From: Octopus bimaculoides
Lineage: Eukaryota
NCBI RefSeq assembly: GCF_001194135.2
Contig: NC_068989.1
Location: forward strand, 14,949,403 to 15,013,402
Length of the DNA stretch: 64,000 nt
Direction: 5' to 3'
Shown here: in pieces, positions 12,536-26,632 of the stretch
Numbering within the stretch: position 1 is the stretch's first letter
Layout of the letters: each line of letters opens with the position of its first letter
Translations under genes and position numbers: made by a program
The notes under the pieces: generated by a model
Told to the model about the DNA's origin: nothing
The model's input: the letters and a program-made list of their open reading frames with translations, nothing else
Database searches by the model: none

Positions 12536-13267
12536 ATATATTATTTTGAAATACATATCTATCTCACATAAAACGGCAAGGCAAATGAAGAAATATGATA
12601 CGGTCGCTCTGACTGCTAGAAATGGCAACCAAAACGTCCTTCAATTGGTTCTTGAGTGCCTTTGGCGAAGTCCATTCGAAGTCCAGTCGAATTGGGTTTC
12701 CAGTCTAAGGAATAAATACGTCCTCCTGTCCTCTCATCTGTCACGGAGGCCCAGAAAAATTATCACAGGCACCTCTAATCCGCTTCTGACTAAGCCATAA
12801 AAAAGGAAACATCAAGCTAACGTAGTCCTCCATATATTATACCTGCAATATGAGTCAGAACAGTCAAAGGTTAAACATCAACACACAAAATGCTTATGAA
12901 AATTTTCGTAGGGGGGTGGAGGATACGATGAGTTTAAATCCGGTATATAAATGTATTAAACGTCAGTGGAAATGATTAACGAAACAACCACTGGCTGTTA
13001 TTTAGCCCAAGGTCAATCCTGGCCAACGATCAATGACATTCCAATCGTAACCATCCCGATTTCTTCTTTCTTTTCCTAGATACAGGGCTATATTACCTAC
13101 TGTGCCTTTCCGTTTTTTAAGACGAGATTTGGCGGATCTTTTCTGTTTGGCTGCCAATTTTCAACCTCTTCAATTTCTGTTCAAATTGATTTCATAATCA
13201 TTGAAAAGATCTGGTTTGGGCGCTAAGAGAGTCCAGTCACTGTGTAGAACCAAAGGTATACACAGCC

Positions 13268-13661
13268 GGTAATCTTCCAGTTTCGGGAGGTAAAAGAAGT
13301 AAATAAAAATAACGTCTTACTAGCATTATCCGTACTACTCTGAAATGTGATTTTTTTTAGCTGTTTATAAATAAATCACACACGTGATTGAATATCATAG
13401 TACCGGCTGCACAACAACTTATGGTAATCTTCCAGTATAGGGAAATAACGGTCAAACTAAAGCGTTTGACCCGAGCTCAAAAATAAAAAAATAATTAGTG
13501 TAATAGGTGTAAAACAACTTGCTGTGACCGAATATGAAGAAAAAAAATGCGCGCTCGCGAACGGGTGGGGTGGGGAGAGTACGGATAATACTAGTAAGAC
13601 GTTAAGTTATTTCCCTTGTATTTTATTTACTTTTTTTACCTCCCGAAACTGGAAGATTACC
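13268..13661. mobile_element. Merlin-like MITE with GGTAA termini
   Basis: Inverted arms 13268-13337 and 13578-13661 starting GGTAATCTTCCAGTTTCGGGAGGTAAAA; 9-bp TSD TACACAGCC/TACACAACC (8/9); extra truncated terminus at 13423. Confidence 0.85.
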
Positions 13662-13747
13662 TACACAACCTACGTATCGCTATGACTATGTACTCCGAAG
13701 ACAAAATTTTCGAAACATTTCATAAAATATTAACTGTTCATGAATGA

Positions 13748-14424
13748 ATCCTTTATGTTACAGACACAAGGCCTGACATTTTGAGAAAAGGGGGCTAATC
13801 GATTACATCGACCTCTGTACTTAACTGGTAGTTATTTCATCGATTCCCGAAAGGATGAAAGGCGAAGTCGAACCCGACGGCATTTGAACTCAGAATGTAA
13901 AGACAGGGTCAATGCCGCTGAGCATTTTGTCTGACAGTCTAACTAAAGATTCAGCCAGGTCGCTACCGTTCATGAATAATGACTAACATAGATAAGGCGG
14001 CGTGCTGGCAGAAACGTTAGCACGCCGGGCGAAATGCTTAGCGGTATTTCGTCTGCCGCTACGTTCTGAGTTCAAATTCCGCGGAGGTCGGCTTTGCCTT
14101 TCATCCTTTCAGGATCGATAAATTAAGTACCAGTTACGTACTGAGGTCGATGTAATCGACTTAATCCCTTTGTCTGTCCTTGTTTGTCTCCTCTGTGTTT
14201 AGCCCCTTGTTGGCAATAAAGAAATAAGAAACGTTAGCGCGCTGGGCGATAATGCTTAGCGGTATTTCGTCTCTCTTTACGTTCTGAGTTCAAATTCTGC
14301 CGAGGTTGACTTTGCCTTTCATCCTTTCGGGGTCGATAAATTAAGTACCAGCTGTGGACTGAGGTCGATCGACTGGCCTCTCTCCCAAAATTTCGGGCCT
14401 TTAGCCCTAGAGTAGAAAAGAATA
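13748..14424. mobile_element. Inverted family-E SINE arrangement: minus copy 13748-13969, plus-strand dimer 13994-14424
   Basis: The family-E core reads in opposite orientations on either side of a ~25-bp spacer. Confidence 0.88.
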
Positions 14425-16165
14425 TTTAATGGAAAAAAAATAATATCCCACAAAAAAGTATCAAATGATAATTTTTTAAAATCTTTTTTCTCACTTTTTT
14501 AAAAATCTCTTTCAATTATTGATTTGACAAAATAGGTCGATATCCTCTCTTACAGGATAGGATAGTTAAATTGCTTAAAATTATCTTAAAGAATAAATCG
14601 AGTCCAAGACTTTTACCAAGCTAACAAATGAACATTAATAGCAATTAAGTCGAAATTTATCTTCACAGTCGCTCTATCTGCGAGATACAGCAGCCAAATA
14701 TCACCTCAAATCACACTTTCCCTATCTGCTAATATAAAAAGAAACTGGTGGAACAATGGATAATGTAAATCCAAGAAAAACACTGTGTACAATAAATAAA
14801 TGAATACACAGAATGGTTTGGTTACAGCTGGAACGCTTTTGATCATAAGTCTGTAGGATTATTGCTGACCGAGGGTTAAACAAGAATGACGGGCCAACAA
14901 GGGAGTCTGTCAGTCATAGGCAGAGAAAAGGGAAAGGCTACTTCGGTTTTATTACTTTCTACAAGAATCACCAGGAACAAATCTATAACACTTCCACACC
15001 TTTCATCTCAAACACCACTCCGCTCCATCACCACCACCACCACCACCACTACCACTACAGTAACGTTATAATACTTCACAAAGAGCGGAAATTATTATAC
15101 TAACTAAATCTTGTTTGTTAGGACTTTTTCGCCGTCTTTTGTTTGTTTTCTTTCTGTTACTAGATCCATTTGCTGTTAAAATTCGTCGGTAACGACAACA
15201 GAAAAAAAAAAAGAAAGAGGGAGGTAGGCAGAAAGAAGAACAGAAAAGAAGGAGAAAAAGATAAAAGAACGAATGAAAATTCATTAAAAATAATCACATC
15301 ATAAATCCCTGAGCCAACACATCTTTTTACCCAACACATCAAAGTTGAACAATTGAGGTTAGCAGCGAAGAAAACAAGGCGAATAAAAAAGAGAGCAGAC
15401 GATTTTAAAACATGGAGGCACTAAAACATGTAGCAATTGCTTCTCCCACTTTTTCTTGTTATTTATTGTTGACCTTTACTTATAATACAGCAACTGCGGT
15501 GCAGCCTTTATTGAGCAGAGCTATGATGAAAGACATTCTAACTGTGACCATCCAGTCTTTTATTTTTCCTCGACATTAAAAAGCTTGCTTTATAACTTCA
15601 TGGTTTTTGGGTTCAACTCCACTGAGTGGCACCAATGCCTTGTCGGTGAATTTGGTAGATGGAAACTGTGTGGAAGCCTTACATGTGTGTGTGTGTGTGT
15701 GTGGATATGTCTCCCCCACCACCACTTGACAACGAATGTTGGTTTGTTCACATCTCCATAACTTAGCAGTTCATCAAACGAGACCAGTAGAATAAGTATC
15801 AGAGCCCATTAACATACTGCCTCTACATGGCTGCAGTCCAATGAGTAAAACAAGTAAAAAATAAAAGATGGTACAAGGTTTCCCTAAACAACATTATTCA
15901 ATGTATCCTTTATTGAAGGCAGGGTGATGTGATCTGAATGAGATTTGACTGCTGTTTCTAGCATGTCAAACAACCAACGTTTAACCTCTGACCTTTCAAC
16001 GTGGATGCATGTTTCCAGGGAGGAAAGGATGAGAGAAGTGGAGGAAATATTTTGTCTTTTCTTTTCTTTTTTTTTTTGCTTATTAAAAGAAAAGGATCAA
16101 AGAAAAATTAATAATTCTGTTTCCAACGTTGTTACAAAATAATATTAAAAAACTGCAAACTGACA

Positions 16166-16515
16166 TTATCATCATCATCGTTTAACATCTGCTTTCCATG
16201 CTAGCATGGGTCGGACGATTTGACTGAGGACTGGTGAACCAGATGGCTACACCAGGCTCCAATCTGATTTTGCAGGATGCCCTTCCTAACGCCAACCACT
16301 CCGAGAGTGTAATGGGTGCTTTTATGTGCCACTGGCACAAAGGCCAATCAGGCGGTACTGGCAACGGCCACGCTTGAAATGGTGTCTTTTACATGCCACC
16401 TGCACAGGAGCGAGTCCAGCGGCACTGGCAACGATCTCGCTCAAATGTCTTTACACGTGTCACTGGCACAAGTGCCAGGGCATAGGTGCCATCACGATTT
16501 CGCTTTCGCATCGTT
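16166..16515 (-). mobile_element. RTE-LINE 3' UTR fragment (family D) with (ATG)n tail
   Basis: Matches 58945-59397 and 62808-63071; the family is linked to the RTE ORF2 end at 53956-54510. Confidence 0.85.
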
Positions 16516-16692
16516 AATCTAACAGGCTAGTGAGACAGATGATGGATAGATTAGATTTTGAATTAATAGCTGGGTGAGGGATCAGGTGCCTAGTTTAGCT
16601 TTTAGGAGAATGAACATTGTCCAAAAATGGTCAAGAACCAGTAGATCACAGAGAGAGACAAACAAACAGAGATGAAGACAATAGATCTTTAA

Positions 16693-17242
16693 CCCTTTCG
16701 TTACTGTATTTATTTTGAGAGTGGAGGTGCAATGGCCCAGCGGTTAGGGCAGCGGACTCGTGGTCGGAGGATCATGGTTTCGATTCCCAGACCGAGTGTT
16801 ATGTGTGTTTATTGAGCGAAAACACCTAAAAGCTCCATGAGGCTCCGGCAGGGGGCGGTGGCGACCCCTGTTGTACTCTTTTGCCCCAACTTTCTCTCAT
16901 TCTTTCTTCCTGTTTCTTGAGTAACGCTGCGATGGACTGGCGTCCCGTCCAGCTGGGGAACACATACGCCATAGAAACCGGGAAACTGGGCCCATGAGCC
17001 TGGCTAGACTTTAAAAGGGCGCATAAATAATAATTTTAAAAAAATTATTTTGAGATGCTCTGTGTTTCTTTCAATTACTTTAAATATAACAAAGAATCTA
17101 GTAAAATAACTTAGTTATCATTCAGTTAGTGTCAGGAACATAAATTGTGACTAAGGTTTTGGTGGAAGATTTTAATTCAAAACTTATGAAAACAAGACAT
17201 TTGTACTCAGAGCCAGTTTCAGCCAGATTGGTAACAAAAAGG
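16693..17242. mobile_element. piggyBac-type MITE interrupted by a SINE
   Basis: TTAA on both sides (16689-16692, 17243-17246); termini CCCTTTCGTTAC / CCTTTTTGTTAC. Confidence 0.8.
16721..17044 (+). mobile_element. tRNA-derived SINE, head A + tail T2
   Basis: Head as at 7884-8282, tail GCGATGGACTGGCGTCCCGTCCAG as at 43619-43885; exact 11-bp TSD TTATTTTGAGA. Confidence 0.9.
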
Positions 17243-18054
17243 TTAACAAACTGGCTTCTGATGGTGTGCACTAGATTTCAGTCATACATAGGAAGAGAAA
17301 CAAGCCTTTCTAAATGGCATTAGTAATATATATTTCTTTATTGCTCACAGGGGGCTAAACATAGAGGGGACAAACAAGGACAGACAAAATAAATAATATA
17401 TGTGAAACAACTGGAATTGAAAGCCATGTTAACTTGTCCAGAATCTTTTGTCCAGCAATACATGGCAGATATGTTATACAATGGTTTATCAGAAGAGAAT
17501 GTTTTATAGAGAAGCTTAGCTGATATCTTTCATTATAAACTGCTGGCATATATTTTATCAACTGCTCACTGGATGTAAGCTCTAAACAGACTATGACAAT
17601 GCTATATCAACAACATCATCATTTTAATGCCCACATGCTTGCATATGTCAGATGGAGATGTCGACACAGATTTTCTGCAACTGGATACCCTTCCTGTTGC
17701 TAACCCTCACTTGTTTCCAAGCAAGCCATGACCAGATGTTTTCATGGAGGAACAGAAATGAAGGACACCACTTGTATGACACTGATACCCATTTACAACA
17801 ATCATAAGGTAGTGCTGACAGAATCGTTAGCACGCCGGGTGAAATGCTTAGCGGTATTTCGTCTGCCGCTATGTTCTGAGTTCAAATTCCACCAAGGTCG
17901 ACTTATCCTTTCGGGGTCGATAGATTAAGTACCAGTTGAGTACTGGGGTCAATGCAATCGACTCGTCCCCTCGCCACAAATTTCAGGCCTTATGCTTATA
18001 GTAGAAAGGATTTACAACAACCATGTAATGTCAAAACAAGGAGACACAAACACA

Positions 18055-18104
<50 letters not shown>

Positions 18105-18918
18105 TACATACATATATACACACACACAAACAGGCTCCTTTCATTTTCCATTTTTTTTTTACCAGTTCCATTCACCAAGACTTTGGTTAGTCCAAAACTA
18201 CAGAAGAAAATATTTGCCCAAGTGGTCACACAGGGTTGGGAAGATTATTATGTTTCGTTCAATGTTTTACTGCATCAAATACTGAGGGGGTTAGCCAATC
18301 AGGAGCCAGCTTTCACATGGTCATTCAGTTTGCTAAAAATAGTGGTCAAATATTGTCCAAATCATATATAACTGTCGCAAGAGATACAACCCGTCTGAAA
18401 TAATGAGAGCATGATCAGAGATGGAGCACCTGCAAACATGGATAAGAACTGCAAATATGGATATAAGAACCTATCTATCTACCTCTGTATTCTCCATAAG
18501 TCTTGAGAATACAGAGGTAGGTAGATATATAATGAGATAAGGACACAGTAGTCTGGTGAGCGGTGTGTGTTCATGTGTGTATATACATGTATATCCTGAG
18601 TGTGTAGTTATGAAACTTGCTTTGTAACAAAGTGGTTTTGGGTTCAATTCCCACTGCACAGTATCTTGGATAAGTGTCATTTACTATATAGTCACTAGAT
18701 CAATGCTCTGCAAGTGAATTTGGTAATGGGGAAACTGTATGGATGCCCATTGTATGTGTGGGTGTGCCTTTGAGCTTGTTCTCCCCACAACCATTGATAA
18801 CTGGTGGTGGTTTATTGTTCCTGTAACTTGGAAGTTCATCAATAGCTACTAATAGAATAAGTAACACACTCCGTAAAAAAATAAAATAAAGTACTTGAAT
18901 CCATCTGTTCAGCAAAAC

Positions 18919-19266
18919 TAGTGATTCTCAACTATTTTTTTTTTAAGGACCCCTTCGATTACTATTTTATTCTGGTGGATCCCTCCCCACCAGTAGCCAC
19001 TCAATGTTTAAAACTTAATTCTATAGATACTTCTTTCAAAATTGCTATTTTGTTCATCACACATTTACTTGTGTAGATTGAACTATGTGAAACGTTAAAG
19101 AGAGAACCCTAGACGTTTTTTTGCAATAAATACATCTACAGCAAAATATTTTCATGGACCGTTCAAATAATACTGTGGGCCCAATTTACTTAATTTGCTT
19201 ATGTGAACCCCCCAAAACTCTTATATGGACCCCAGGGGTCATACAGATCCAAGTTGAGAACAGCTG
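18919..19266. mobile_element. Degenerate hAT/Charlie-type MITE; a related copy near 31470-32156 is split by a SINE
   Basis: Termini TAGTGATTCTCAACT / CAGCTGTTCTCAACT; TSD not preserved. Confidence 0.55.
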
Positions 19267-19952
19267 AATTAAACCTTCGAATGCAGTACCCAGCATGTCT
19301 GCATTCCAGCGAAGAGAAAAAATAAAACACGAAAACATATATATATATTTTATATGTATGAATGTTTACAAATGAAGGGGAAAAAAGTAGTCTGTACATC
19401 AAAACATAAAATAGAGTTTGTATATTTCATGAGAAGCAATTTGAATCGTTACACTGAATTTTATGTTACAAATTATTCAGACAATTGATGAAAGGAAGCA
19501 GCATAACAATATATAAGAAAAAATATTCATAAATACATCAACATATGATTAGTCAGCGAGATTTGATTGGTTGACAAGAAAGCATTAGATAATGCATCAC
19601 ACATTCATCTGTTCAATTGTCAGACACATTACGGTGATGTATTCATCTGCTGTCTTGTGATACAATAGAACAAGGCATATCAGTGTTGTCTACATGTTAA
19701 GTGCACCAGGTTAGCTAGAAAGTACGAGTTCAATCCTTGGGTAAGTCAAGCTATATACAGGCTGGTTTAAGCATTAAATATTCCTGTATTATTTCCTATT
19801 ATATCACTGATAATTCTAATGGCTGGCATTAGGAAGGGCATCATTTATAGAAACCATGCCAAAACAAACAACTGAAGCCTGGTACAGCAGGTCAGCTGCT
19901 GTCAAACCATCCAACCCATGCCAGCATGGAAAATGGATGTTAAATAGTGATG

Positions 19953-19988
<36 letters not shown>

Positions 19989-20187
19989 TATATATATATA
20001 TACATCTAGGTACTGGCATCACCTTGAGGTGAGGTGAAGAAATTTGCTTTGCAACCTCAATTTCAGGTTTGGCTTCTTGGGTGTCTTCAACAGTAGACCC
20101 AGACAGAGCAACATGTTTGGAGTAAATTTGGTAAACAAAAACTTAAAAAGAAGCCCAGCATCTGTGTGTGTGTGTGTGTGTGTGTGT

Positions 20188-20236
<49 letters not shown>

Positions 20237-20408
20237 CATATATACATATATATATATATTTTTTTCTCTCCTTGTTTCTTTCTGTGTTCCTTTCTGTTGA
20301 AGAGCGTAGGCTTGAAATGTTAAAGACTTTATTCCAGAGCGTTATACTAATACATCCATTTGTTGTTTACACCACCTGTCTTCGTCTGTTGTTTTTTCGT
20401 GAATTCTC

Positions 20409-20446
<38 letters not shown>

Positions 20447-20802
20447 TTATATATTAAGTTAGACATAGCCTAGACCAATCTTTGGTCAAAGCATATCTAA
20501 GTTTTATATATGTGTGTATATAATATATATGTTTATAAATACTATTCAAGTATCACAAAATTGTTTGGGCGGTAAATTTGTTGTAAATTGGGGGAGTTTC
20601 ATGCTATTAAGAAACGTTTGTGTTGCAAATTGTATTGGCAGATGGCAGACATCAAGGGGCATAAAATCAGGGAAATTAAACGTTAGTTAACAACATAGGC
20701 GGAAATCAGGTCTGAATAATTTTATGGCGGTAAGTGGGGTTGGCGGAAAATCGAGATGGTATAAGAGCGGGGGCAGACTGTATATACATATATATATGTG
20801 TG

Positions 20803-20833
<31 letters not shown>

Positions 20834-21484
20834 GTATACCTCAGTCCACTCTGCTAGGTGATCAGTGTTAGGAAGGGCATCCACCTGTAAAAATCCTGCC
20901 AAAACAGACACAGTTGTCTGATGCAAGCTTCTGCCTGGCTGGCACCTGTCAAACCATACCAGCATGGAAGGCAGACATTAAATGATGATGATGATGATAC
21001 ATGCATTAGAGTATTAGCTGCCATATGACAGGTAAATTTGGAAGTATATTTTAGCAACCATGGGTAATAGCAGGAAATAGGGCAGATATATACAATAATC
21101 ATAAACTTTTATCAAACTTCCTGGGCTTATAAAATGATGAAATGAATAAAATATTTTCAAAAAAAGAAAAAACAATAACTTAAAATTAAAACAAAATTTC
21201 TCATCTGAATAATTGTTCAAATTATTCTACCCTTTCGTCCCTCTTTTCTTCCCATCCAATGATTCATTCCCTTTCACTGTGTGTATGTATGTGTGTGTGG
21301 TATTCTTTTACACAATTCCTGCCACCAAGCCTAGTGTGTGCACTCATCCTGCAACTCTTATATTAACTTTCTCTGTATCTCTCTTTTACTCTCTCTCTCT
21401 CTCTCTCTCTTTTCATACAATGTAAAGCATCACTGAAGAAATCAGCCAATCAGCCTTTGTATCAGCTATTATATACATAATAGA

Positions 21485-21960
21485 CACAGGTGTGACTATA
21501 AGCACAGGTGTGACTATAAACACAGGTGTGGCCGTGTTGTAAGAGGTTTGTTTCCCGATTGCATGGTTCAGAGTTCAGTCCCACTGCGTGACACCTTGAG
21601 TAAATATCTTCTACTATAGTCTCAAATCAACCAAAACCTGGTGAGTGAATTTGGTAGAAGGAAACTGAAAGAAGCCTTTCATGTGTATGTCTGTGTGTCT
21701 TTACGTCTGCATTTGTCCCCACCACCACCACCACCACCACTGCTTGACAATCAGCGTTAGTGTGTTTATGTCCCCCCCACCATCACTTAGCGGTCCAGCA
21801 AAACACACTAATAGAGTAAATGCCAGACTTTAAAAAAAAAATAATAAGTACTGGGGTGGGATGGCGGGGGGGTGGTCGATTCATTCAACTAAATATTCTT
21901 CAAGGGAATGCTCCAGTATGACTACAATCTAGTAACTGAAACAAGTAAGAGATAAAAGAT
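21485..21960 (+). mobile_element. Diverged family-C SINE with a triplicated 18-bp head segment
   Basis: Family-C head, core and tail recognisable; CACAGGTGTG three times at 18-bp period. Other degenerate copies at about 15581-15870 and 18597-18900. Confidence 0.75.
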
Positions 21961-21970
21961 AGATAAGCGA

Positions 21971-22053
<83 letters not shown>

Positions 22054-22389
22054 ATCCATATTCGCACACATACACGTTCTCTCTTTTCTGTATAAGGTTA
22101 CAACTTAAATTTCCCTGGAGTGAAGGTAAGACACAGCTGTCTTTATAACAATGAAGCACAAATGACACGTTCACATCTGTCCTCTGCTCTAGAAAACAGA
22201 CAGACTGTCCTTTCTTTAATGGCACGTTAATCAAGGATACACGTTTACGATTTCAGATTATCTCCCTTCTTCGTTTGAAATTGACTGCCTATGCCATCAG
22301 GTGTTTGTTTACTTCCCCACAAAGTGAAAATAATTTTAGTAAGTCAGGAAGTATTTAATGTAACAATGTGGTATTTACTATACATCAAT

Positions 22390-22422
22390 ACAAATTCATG
22401 CCACTATATATGTATATATATA

Positions 22423-22517
<95 letters not shown>

Positions 22518-23208
22518 GTATACACATACAGATATATACACAACACTAATTCATGCCACTATATATATATATATATATATATATACATACACACATACAT
22601 ACAGATATATACACAACACTAATTCATGCCACTATATGTATATATATGTATATATATATACACACACACATATGTACATACATACATACAGATGTATACA
22701 CATACATATGCATATCTATATATGCGTACATATTGCACATACATACGTACATATGCATGCAAATGCGCATACATATGACCATATGACCATATATACATGC
22801 ATGCACGTGTGCAGCCGAGCACGTGCATGCGAATAGCCATGCACAATGCAATCGTACACTCACGTAAATACACAAATATATATTCACACACATGAATGCG
22901 TGCACACCCACACACATGGATGCACATACAAATACACACAAAAATCTACATGCACAAATGTATATATATGCACACACAAACACCAGTGTATGTGTATATA
23001 TGGACATATAGATAGGTGTATACAAAATCACGGACTCACGTCTATGCACATAAATATACGTATGGACCCGAGCGTATACGTACGCAGACAGGGGCATATA
23101 TATTCATAAATACATGTATATACACACATACATATTGATAAATGCACTTGTATAAGATTCACACTCAAACGCATACTCATACATACATAAACATCGTATA
23201 CGCACATA

Positions 23209-23252
<44 letters not shown>

Positions 23253-23530
23253 TATAGAGAGAAAAGGGGTGAGAGAGAGGAGATTCACTTACATACACAC
23301 AATATATACGCACGAACACACACACACACCATCGCTTTGCCAAAGCGAAATGCCAAAATATATATTCACACATTTAAATACACACGTACACACATATACA
23401 CACGCCCGTACATAAAATATAACACATGCATACGCACAGATGCACACGTACACACATGCATACACACACACACATGTACACACGGACACAGACAGACGCA
23501 CACACACAATATGTATATGTCGCTTTGCTT
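22390..23530. repeat. Compound (TA)/(CA)-rich tract with a three-fold repeated AATTCATGCCACTATAT unit
   Basis: Unit at about 22393, 22548 and 22620, separated by variable TA/CA runs. Confidence 0.85.
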
Positions 23531-23829
23531 ATCTCCGCCTTCTGTGGTCTAGTTGATGATATCCAGTACTTCGTCTATCTGCTACATATTTTATTGTCCT
23601 TGGAAGGGAAAGCTTATGATGAGATATGAACTCAGAATGTAAAGGGGACGCAACCAAATACCACAAGGTGTTTTACCTAACAACCTAACACTCTACCTAC
23701 TGTACATCTGCGCACACACACACACACACACACACATAATATCTATCTATCTATCTATCTATATATATATATATAAACACATACACACTCATGTTTTGAG
23801 TTATATTACTCTGTTTACATCTTCAAACC

Positions 23830-23830
23830 T

Positions 23831-23868
<38 letters not shown>

Positions 23869-23953
23869 GGATAGGTAGATGGATAGGTAGATGGATAGGT
23901 AGATAGATAGATAGATAGATAGATAGATGGATAGATAGATGGATAGGTAGATG

Positions 23954-23996
<43 letters not shown>

Positions 23997-24040
23997 GGAT
24001 AGGTAGATGGGTAGATGGATAGATAGATAGATAGATATAC
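23830..24040. repeat. (GATA)n/(GATG/GGTA) complex tetranucleotide repeat; similar tract at about 25885-26130
   Basis: Directly visible. Confidence 0.95.
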
Positions 24041-24195
24041 ATATATACATATATATATATGAACAAACACACACGCCAACACATAATATAGTCTTCAATA
24101 TATTTATATTTAAACATTGCTTTGATAATGCAACTCTCAGTGTTTTGAGTCACATAGCTTTACAGCTAAATACGTGTAACCGTGCCTGCATGCGT

Positions 24196-24243
<48 letters not shown>

Positions 24244-24320
24244 TTAAGCGTACTGTATATACGTGTGTGCATCTAAGTATACATGTATGTGTGTATGTTT
24301 ATATATATATGTGTGTGTGT

Positions 24321-24356
<36 letters not shown>

Positions 24357-24944
24357 CTGTCTCGGGGTTTGTTCAAACGATGAGCAAATTAAAAGACTTC
24401 GCAAAATTTGTGTGTGCATAAGAGAGAGAGAGAGAAAGAAAGAAAGAATGTGTGTATGTATTGTGTGTGCATGTAAAAGAAATATATACACAGGTACACA
24501 GCGAATATATCTGCAAACATGCTATATTCAATACAAAGAAAATCCGAAGTAAAATAATGGAGATACAAGACATTTACATACATATGTGTGTGTATCTACA
24601 CACACACACACTTATACACAGGGAATTCGTATGCATAATTGTAAGTAATATTTCCTAGCATATATTGCTTATGCATTTTTAGACATAAGTGCATACGTAT
24701 TCAAATAAGCACACACACACATACGCACACACACGCATACACCATCAGCCAGAGTGTTCTTACACCTACACTCGCAGTTGGAGATACCCATTCGCAGACA
24801 TATACGCACACCCATGTACTTGGCACGTTTATCTGCACACATAGGCTTTATATAGCTATCTGCTTTGTTCACTCACACACACATATACACACACGCGTAT
24901 ACACCTACACCTGTGAACGAACACCTTCAGATACAGTACACATA

Positions 24945-24979
<35 letters not shown>

Positions 24980-25894
24980 GTGAATACACACATATACCCA
25001 AAAACATACATACACGAACACACACACAAAGACCTACACACACACACACACACACATACAAACACGAACACAAACATACGAACAAACGAACTCACACAAA
25101 CACAACCACATTCATATACAGTCATACACACACACAGCTGTGTGTGTGTGTGTATCTACCGTCTGTAAAAAACACATCCCAAAGAAGCACAACACACACA
25201 CACACACACATGTATATAACAAATGCACAATGCACGCTTTGTTATATATATATATATATATATATTATACATGTATGCATAATAAAATTCCAGATATAAG
25301 CGTGTACACACAGACACACACGAACATTCATTGGTGAGAGTAGTTTGACAGTATCAAAGCAGATATGAGGACGTCTGAAATAAAGATTTTCACGAATTAG
25401 GCCTTGTGAAAGACGGAATTTTAGAAGCAATAAAAATTTTAGTAAATCTTCCGCTGTGTTGTGGCTTTCATCCGTTTTTCTTCACCTATAACTTAACTAT
25501 GCTTTCGAGTACAAGGTTTATACTTAAATAGTTTCTGGTCGTGTTGTTTGTTGTTGTTGATTAGGTTTTTTTCTTTGTTTATTTTATGTCACTTGCTTTG
25601 CTGATTGTGTTTATGGTCGTTTATGGTGTTATTGGGTGACGGAGAGTAAGAAAGAGAGTAGTTACGGTAGAGAGAGAGAGAGGCTGTGTGAGTGAGAGAG
25701 CAGAGAAAGACTGTGTGTGAGAATAAAGAGAGTGGGTGAGGGCAGAGAGAGAGAGAATAAGAGCAGAGAGAGTGAGTACAGAGAGTGTAAGTGAAGAGAG
25801 AAGTCAGGGAAAGAGAGAGAGAGAAATCAGTGGTGAAAGAGACGGAGAGAGCACGGGAAAGAAACGATTCAAAAAAAAAAAAACTGATAGATAT

Positions 25895-25925
<31 letters not shown>

Positions 25926-26371
25926 CGGCTAGATAGATAGACAGGGAGATAGATGGATATAGACGTATGAATAGAGAGACGGAGAGATAGATCGATATAT
26001 AGACGGATGAACAGACAGATAGATAGATAGATAGAAGGTTAGATAGATAGACGGATAGATAGATAGACGGATGGATAGATAGATAGATAGATAGATAGAT
26101 AGGTAGGTAGGTAGATAGATAGATAGAAAATATTAGAACGAAGGAGTGTTTTTAATGCTGGACATTATAGCGGAGAGAAGTATGAACTGAAGAGATCTAA
26201 ACAAAGAGACAGATTTCGTGAGAGAGAGACGGCGGAGAAAGAGAGAGAGGGAAAAAGAATGAGGAAGAGAGAGAGAGAAAAAGGGAGAGGAACAGATAAC
26301 AACAGAGTGTGTATGTGAGAGAGTGAGAAAGAGGAGTAGATAGAATGAAAGTGTATACGAGAGTGAGGGAG

Positions 26372-26402
<31 letters not shown>

Positions 26403-26481
26403 GACTGAATGACATGTAAGTAGACAGAGAGAAAGATTAGAGTATAATTGAAGGGAGTGTGTGGAAAAAAAGGTTACCTAC

Positions 26482-26632
26482 CTGGTTCAGGCTTCATTGC
26501 CACGTCCGATGATGGCAGAAGATAAAGTATTGCGAGAGGGTGAGTGACGTTGTCGTAGTGGCCGTCCACTTCACACAGAGACAGACATCGAACCCGCAGC
26601 TGAAGTATATAGTTGACCTTCTGTCTTCTTGC
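26482..26632 (-). other. Candidate 151-nt exon of an unidentified transcript
   Basis: Acceptor TTTATTTATTTCAG, donor CAG|GTAGGT; one frame open throughout (ARRQKV...DVAMKPEP); no recognisable homology. Confidence 0.45.

Noticed and set aside
12590-12760. Possible minus-strand exon (TGNPIRLDF.. or ..LRMDFAK..) with RRM-like ending
   Set aside because: Two competing frames, no convincing donor, resemblance too short.
22291-25430. About 25 ORFs with YIYI/HTHT/LSIY repeats
   Set aside because: Microsatellite translations.
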